Part shown: positions 56,801 through 64,000 of the stretch, piece after piece
How the letters are laid out: every line of letters starts with the position of its first letter
Position numbering within the stretch: the first letter of the stretch is position 1
DNA from: the human T2T-CHM13v2.0 reference genome, Homo sapiens
Assembly (NCBI RefSeq): GCF_009914755.1
Contig: NC_060926.1
Direction: 5' to 3' (one strand)
DNA: 64,000 nucleotides
Position numbers and translations under genes: made by a program
The notes under the pieces: model-generated
The model's database searches: none
What the model was told of the DNA's origin: nothing
Seen by the model: the letters and a program-made list of their open reading frames with translations, nothing else

Positions 56801-57432
56801 AGGTTTTGTTCATTTTTTAAAATTCTTTCTTCTTTATTTTTGTCTGATGGCATTGATTCAAAGGACATGTCTTCCAGCTCTTGGATTCTTTTCTCAGCTT
56901 GGTGTATTCTATTTTAAATGCTTCCAACTGTATTATAGAATTCCTGTAGTGAATTTTTCAGTTCCATTTGTTCAATTTTGTTCTCTCTTAAAATAGCTAT
57001 TTTGTCTTTCAACTCTTGGATTATTTTATTGGATTCCTTAGATTGGGTTTCAACTTTCTGTTGCATCTTATTGAGCTCCAGCTGTGTCTCTACCTACTCT
57101 CTGGGAGGCTCCCTGCCAGCTTAACTATCCTTGGGCATCATGAGATCTGTTGCACCTAGGATCCCAGAAGTCCACTGTGAGAGTGAATTGTCCTGCAGTT
57201 GCTCCACTCACTACTTCCTTAGGAGCTGTTCAGAGCTAGGAATGAGTCCTGGTAGTCAGCAATCCCATGTAGGATTCCAAGCTTCCTTCCTCTTCAATGT
57301 CAGTGCCTCTCTCTTGATTTAGAGTGTTTTCTCTAAAAAGATCTGTTTAAAGTATGATGACTTACCCCACATTTTGATCTCACTTGGTAGGAGAGGCTCT
57401 CTTGGCTCTTCTAGTCATCCATCTTGTCCTGC
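53866..57432 (-). mobile_element. L1PA15/16-like element with both termini and several internal deletions
   Basis: 3' UTR at left; ORF2 endonuclease remnant 55773-56150 (MTGS...SILILNV...CCLQETH); ORF1 remnant 56488-56718; 5' end CAAGATGG on - strand near 57425. Confidence 0.88.
55203..55596 (-). mobile_element. MSTA solo LTR
   Basis: TGTATTAGTCCATTCTCAC...CCAAACCATATCA; perfect TSD ACTGC at 55198-55202 and 55597-55601. Confidence 0.95.
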
Positions 57433-59487
57433 TATCTGTCTCTATTAGTTATATTGACTTTGTTAAAGATCAGCTGGTTGTAGGTATGTGATTCTATTTT
57501 AGGGCTCTCTATCCTGCTCTGTTAATCTATGTGTTCATTTTTGTACCAGTACCATGCTGTTTTAGGTACCATAACCTTGTAGTATAATTTTAAGTCAGGT
57601 AATGTGACACCTCCAGCTTTGTTCTTTTGCTTAAGGTTGGTTTGGCTATTTGGGCTCTTTTTGGGTTCCATATGAATGTTAAGCTTGTTTTCTAATTCTG
57701 TGAAAAATGACGTTGGTGATTTGATAGGGAATACATTGAATATGTAGCTTGCTTTGGACATTATGGTCATTTTTGTGATATTTATTCTTTTAATCCATGA
57801 ACATAGGGTGTTTTTCCATTTGTTTGTGTCATCTACAATTTCTTTCATCAGCATTTTGTAGTTCTCCTTGTAGATATCTTTCCCTTCCTTGAACATTCCA
57901 TAAAATTAATTAACCACTTTAAAGTATACAATTTAACTGGCATTTAGGACAATCACAGTGTTATTCAATAATCACCTTATCTAATTCTAAAATATTTTCA
58001 TCACTGCCAAAGGAGACCCAGTACAGACTAAACCATCACTCCCCATTCCTATGCCCTAGCTCTTGGTATCCTCTAATCTGCTTTCTGTGTTTATGGATTT
58101 ACCTATTTTGAATATATTAAGTTAATGGAGTCATAGAATACGTATCCTTTTATCCCTGACTTCTTTTACTTGGCATAATGTTTTCTAGGTTATCCACATT
58201 TTAACCTGAATCAGCACTTCATTCCTTTTTAGGGTTGAGTAACATTTCACTGTATGAGCATACCACATTTATTAATTTATCTGTTGATGGACATTTGGGT
58301 AGTTTCCACCATTTGGCTATTGTCAGTAGTGCTGCTGTGAACATTCACATACAAGTATTCATTTGAATACTTTTTTTCTATTCCATAGGGTATATTTAGG
58401 AGTGGAATTGCTGGGTTATAAGGTAATTCTATATATATAACTCTTTGTATAACCACGTAACTGTTTACTAATGTGGCTGCAGCATTTTACAGTCCTACCA
58501 GCGTATATATATAAATATAAATATGGAAATATATATACCTATATAATTATAAAGAAAAAGTATATATACTTCCTTTTTATATATCTATCTTAATGGGTGT
58601 GAAGTGGTATTATATTGTTGTTTTAATTTGCATTTTTCTAATTACTAGTGATGTTGAACATCTTTCATATGCTTATTGGTCATTTGTTTATTTTCTTTGG
58701 AGAAATGTTTATTTAAGTCCTCTACTCATTTTTTAATTGGGTTGCTTATTTTTCTTGTTAAGTGTAATAGTTCTTTATAAATTCTTATTACTATAACCTT
58801 TTCAGATATATGAATTGCAAATATTTCTTCCATTTTGTAGTTTGCATTCTTGCTTTCTTGATAGTGCCCTTTAATAAACAAAAGTTTTAATTTTTGATGA
58901 CTTCCAACTTATTTATTCATTCTTAACATGAGGTAAGAGGCTGAGATGCCAAGAAAACAATGAAAAGTTAAGTGGTGTGTTTTGCTTTCTTGCTACTCTG
59001 GAGATAAAAGCAGAAATACCAATAAGATGGCTTTTAATTTGAGGCAAGCCAGAGTTAGATAAATCCAGACCAAAAAATACAACCCAACGTCTAGTTAGCT
59101 TAGTTCCTAATTGGCTAAAGTGAACAGCCTCCAGTCTAGTTGCCTCACAGAAGAAAAGTCCACCATCTAGAACAATATAGTGAGCTTTTCTATAAAAAGA
59201 TAGCACCATCCAGAACACTACTTTCTACACAGGATCAGCATATAATAAAAAACTACCATGTATATCAAGAAGAAGGAATGGAAGTTAAAAACCAACAATA
59301 GAATTGATAGATTAGAATTATAAATAAAATATATCACATAGAGATTTAAACATAGTTATGATTAAAAATTCAAGAAAATGGATGACAAAATGGAGAAGTT
59401 CACTAAATAACTAGAATCTGTTTCAAAAGAATCAAATGGAAATTTTAGAACTGAAGAATACAATAACTGAAATTAAAAACTCAATAG

Positions 59488-59782
59488 AGCTGGGTGGATT
59501 GGCTCACATCTGTAATCCTAACACTCTGGGAGACCAAGGCAGGAGGGTCATTTGAGCCCAGGAGTTTGAGACCAGTCTGGGCAACATAGCAAGGCCTCAT
59601 CTGTATACAAAGAAAAAAATTAGTTAAGTGTGGTGGCATGCACCTGTGGTTTCAGCTACTTGGGAGGCTGAGGCAGGAAAATTGCTTAAGCCTAGGAGGT
59701 CAATGTTGTAATGAGCTATATTCACATCACTGCATCCCAGCCTGGGCAACAGAGTAAGACCCTGTCTCAAAAACAAACAAAC
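59488..59782 (+). mobile_element. AluJ
   Basis: TTTGAGCCCAGGAGTTTGAGACC, GGCAACATAGCAAG; (CAAA)n tail; TSD AAAACTCAA(T/G)AG. Confidence 0.94.
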
Positions 59783-60625
59783 AAAACTCAAGAGATTCAT
59801 ATCAAAGCTGGCTAAGCACAAGTGAAAATACAGTTATTAAACTGGAAAATAGATCAGTAGAAAATTCTTGGACCGAATCACAGAAAGCAAATTATTGAAA
59901 ATTCAGTAAAGAACATAAAAGACATATAGGGCAAGGTGAAACAATTTAATATAAATGTGACTGGAGTTCCAGATAGAAAAGAGAGAGAATGGGCGGAAGA
60001 AATGTTTGAAGAGCTAATAACCAAGAATTTCCTTCCAACTGAAAGACAGCCAACCAAAGACTCAAGAATCATTACAAATCTTTAGTAGAGTAAAAATCAA
60101 GAAAATCATACCTGAGCACATCATGCAAAGCTGCTAAAAAAACAAAGATGAAAGAATAATCTTAAAAGCAGCCAAGGGAAAGGATACAATGCCTTCAAAT
60201 GAGCAACAGTAAGGCTGACAGTTAATTGCTGAATAAAGAAAGCCAGAAAATAATCAATAACATTATTAAAATTGGAATTCTATAATCCAGAAAAAGAAAC
60301 GTTTTTTTAAAGCGAAGAAGGTGCTGTAAAACATCTTTGAATTTCCTACATAGATATGAGTTCTCCTTTGCTGCAATCCTAAATCTTGGTCTTTCCCTTG
60401 ACTCTATCTTATTTTACTGGATGCTCAGTCAAGATTCTATTTTACTTATTTTTCCATAGGATTTCATTATCTTTGAGTCATAATCCTTTTTAAAAAAACC
60501 AAAGATGAAATTTTTTTTGGTGAAGATAAAGTATTTTGGTGAAGATAAAAGAGATTTTTCTTCTTATTAAATGAAAACCTTTGAGCTTGTTGATTCTATA
60601 TTTAAGACTCCAGCCTTGAATGGAA

Positions 60626-60997
<372 letters not shown>

Positions 60998-61184
60998 TAG
61001 TTGGAAATTTTCTCTTAAAACAGCAACAAAGAACCTAAAAAGGAGGACATACCACATAGAATCGGTAAAGCAGCTAAGCAGAGGCTTTGGAGGCCAAGGA
61101 CCAAAGTATTTCTTTCAAGAAACCAAAGCAGCAGCCAATTTAAGTCTAAATTTAAGTCTAAATATCCTAGGTTTTTAACTCTAA

Positions 61185-61300
61185 ATATCTTCATTTTACA
61201 GATAAGTAAACAGGAGCTCAGAGAGTTTAAATAAGTTGTTCAAGTTCACTCATCTATTTAGTGGCAGAGCCAGGAACTTACTCAAGTTTTCCATACACTT
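61185..61300 (-). mobile_element. MIR core
   Basis: CATTTTACAGATAAGTAAACAGGAGCTCAGAGAG...AGTGGCAGAGCCAGGA. Confidence 0.75.
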
Positions 61301-62249
61301 CCAATCCCAACATTCAGAGACTCAGAAGTAGCATGGTTTGTGTTGCCAAAAGCTCTCTAACCCAAATAATTTTCACCACAGAACATCCAGTGCAACAGAC
61401 TCAGATGAGTTCATTTTAAAAAATATAACAGTGCCTACTGTAGGCCACAGTTACACCTACTAGATATAACATACTAAGTTACTAAATCCTGGAAACACCT
61501 GATCACTTATATTCCTGAATTAGTTAACTCAGCTTTTGAGTATAACATAAAAAGATGGGACATGAAACAGACAACTTTTGATACAGAGGGAGTGGAATAA
61601 TAAAGAGAACTAACTGTGGATGCCTGGTTTGGGATAAAGTGGGAGATTACATAAGAAGGCCAAGTATGATGTTGCTGCAAGAGGGGTGTTGTGACATCTA
61701 TGGGTAAATTAAAGGGGCTAGGACTGAATTCTAGAAAGCTTTTATGCACTTTATAAATTTCTTTAAGTCTCAGTTCTCTCTAGGTAGTTTCATCTGTCTC
61801 ATGAACCAATCCTGTTAGAACTCACAGGGCCCTAACATGACACCCCTGCTGAGAGAAACCCTATTTCAAAAATGGTGTCTGAGATTCTTTCTGTTGCCTT
61901 TCTTCCAGGCATTCACATGTTATAATGCCATAAATGTGTCCTATGATTTTCTAGGCATGGCAGTAACATTTATAGATCAACCGGGTTAATAGCAAGAAGG
62001 CTCATGCTGAATAGGAGGAAAACCCCTTCATGGGAAGCCCCTGGAGAGAATTACTCTATAGATATGCAGAGGATTAGGAGCAGCTGCGTAGAGCTAGGAG
62101 AAATTCCTAGATCACTTACCCCCAAATGCCTCACTTTCAGAAGAAGGTAGCCAAAGACCAAATAAATGTTAAACAACATGTTTATGGCAGAAAGAGGTTC
62201 TAAACCTAGAGCTCTTGACTCAGTCTGAAGGTTTTTTTTTTTCTGTAAT

Positions 62250-62561
62250 ACTACTTAGGTAAGTGTGATAGGGGACCCTTGATAATCTTCTGAACCATTT
62301 CAGAGAATCTGTAAGGTCAAACTGTTTTCATCATAATGCTTAGGAATTATGTGCCCAAGAATAGAGAGGACTGGGATGCCATCATCATTCTTATGGGTAA
62401 TGGATGTGTGCTTAAGCAGGCTTGTAATTTAGAATTTACCTAGTTTTATTTCTAATATGGCCAATGTCAACACATAAAAACTATATAAACAAAATCTCTT
62501 TTGAGTACTTAGTAATTTTTAAGAGAGTCAAGGGTCCTGAGACCAAGTCTGAGAACCACAG
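62250..62561. mobile_element. Charlie1-type hAT DNA transposon, internally deleted
   Basis: Left end GGTCAAACTGTTTTCATCATAATGCT; right end TAATTTTTAAGAG...GGGTCCTGAGACCAAGTCTGAGAACCAC. Confidence 0.7.
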
Positions 62562-64000
62562 TTACAGTTCCACAAATATAATTAAGCTACTATTATGACT
62601 AAGACACAGGGCTGACAACTTTCCTCGCCCTCAGAATACATGGTTCTATCCTACGAGTGCCATTCGGAAAGTTCAGAAGAAGAAAAGGTCATATTGTAAT
62701 TAGTAACAGATTCAGGAAAGAGACTGATCAAGAAGTGGGTCTGGAAAGATGAGAATTTCAACAGGTGGTAATCTGGAGCCAGAATATTTCTGGTTGAGAG
62801 AAATGTACAATCAGAGACAAGACACCAAGGAGCATATATATTCTGGTCACAGTCAGTCTTCCTGGGTGAAAGTGTCATGTGGATGAGAAGCAGTAATAGG
62901 GGAAACAAAGAAATGAGATGAGATTAAGATGTAAAGAGGCTTGAGCGCCAGATGGAAGCATTTGGACTTATTTTTAATCACCATGATAGTTCATTGTGTA
63001 GATGATAAATAAAAAGATACTGCCCACTACTGAAAATAGAAATAACTAATGAGACAGGAAATACTTAGAGCCTTCTTCAGGCATAGAGCTGATTAAGGGT
63101 ATGGATAAGGCCTTTTAAGGGAAAACACAAAAAGTCAACAGGAAATGTAGAGGGTGAGGGTAAAGAAACACACCTCAAATTAAGTCAAGATGTATCCATC
63201 ATCCTGACTAGTTGTCCAATCATAGCAAATGTCTTTTTCTCTCTGGATATTCAGAGAGACCCACAGCTAAGATCAGTAAAATGCACATGTACTTCCCAAA
63301 GTTGCTTTGAAAATAAATTGAGTAAATAAATAGCAGTCATGCTTTGAAGATCATAAAATGCTATATGAATGTATAGATGTTTAGCTACCACCATCTGTAT
63401 TGTCAGTCTCAGTGGGAGTTATTGATATAACTCAAGAAGGTGGGAGGTCAAGGGTTTTAAGCATGCACAGGCCTGAGGAAGCCACAAGCTCCTCTTCACT
63501 TTACCCGGACACAGGACTGGAACAATCTGCTTAACTATTATTACTTTCTTGGGAAGATCATTATTTTAAAAATAACATCTCTTGATCCTATATTGAGATC
63601 TGCAGTAGAATGACTACCTGGACCCTTTAAGAAATGCTACCCTTTAATTTTATTTGTTGTTTTATTGGCTGTTTTTTAATAGCTAATGCATTTAGATGTT
63701 AAAGATTTAGACAAACAAACAAGAGTAGAGTTAAAAGTATTCTTAAGTTAAAGGTAAATCTAATTGGGTGGATAAGTTATGCTTCATCACAATGAATAGG
63801 AAGCTTCCCATTTGGCAGAAAAAAAAGGTGACAATATCAGAGAGATGAATGGGAAATATAAATGGCAACACCGATTAGGGTTCTTTGATCTCTTTCGTCA
63901 TCTTTCTGAGCTGTTAGAGGGTAACTACTTCTTGTTTTTGTCTATGAGGTATCATTTTATACAATTAGGAGAGAAGTTAGCTGGTGTTCATATTTAAAGA

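Larger units (their letters stand above)
52570..57893 (-). mobile_element. L1PB-like element in two pieces (about 52570-53865 and 57445-57893)
   Basis: ORF2 remnants 53525-53725 and 57522-57896 ([20 protein letters not shown]...LPDLKLYYK...KTAWYWYKN); TTCCCATTGTTTATTT resumes as TTGACTTTGTTAAAGATCAG. Confidence 0.88.
52311..58915 (-). mobile_element. L1MB 3' region in pieces (52311-52335, 52543-52570, 57897-58915)
   Basis: ATTGAGGTCAAGTTAATATACCA continues at 57898 as CCATAAAATT...CCACTTTAAAGTATACAATTT, the L1MB terminus. Confidence 0.8.
52130..60320 (+). mobile_element. Old L1M 5'UTR/ORF1 region in two pieces (about 52130-52310 and 58920-60320), outermost host of the nested stack
   Basis: ORF1-like AAATGGAAATTTTAGAACTGAAGAATACAATAACTGAAATTAAAAACTCA and GAAGAAATGTTTGAAGAGCTAATAACCAAGAATTTCC; joining the left piece is inferred. 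Confidence 0.6.

Noticed and set aside
55773-57896. ORFs with endonuclease, ORF1 and RT-region similarity
   Set aside because: Short broken remnants of dead L1s with deletions and frameshifts; not an active or domesticated gene

Overview
AT-rich, CpG-poor primate (human/ape-like) non-coding genomic DNA, probably a gene desert or a large intron. It has no CpG island, no recognisable protein-coding exon, RNA gene or CRISPR-like array. Roughly half of it can be read by eye as fossil transposons: AluJ/S/Y, L1 fragments of several ages, L2, MIR, MaLR and ERV solo LTRs, and hAT-Charlie elements. The supplied ORFs are Alu, L1 or microsatellite artefacts, or short chance ORFs. I cannot support a new biological system. 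The best second-look items are a 193-bp dispersed local duplication, a five-layer nested transposon stack, internally deleted L1s (one with a hairpin junction), an AluY with anomalous CpG retention, a (CTT)24 tract, and candidate exons, CTCF sites and enhancer motifs. Subfamily names come from remembered consensus sequences and need RepeatMasker/Dfam confirmation. Boundaries without a target-site duplication (TSD) are approximate.
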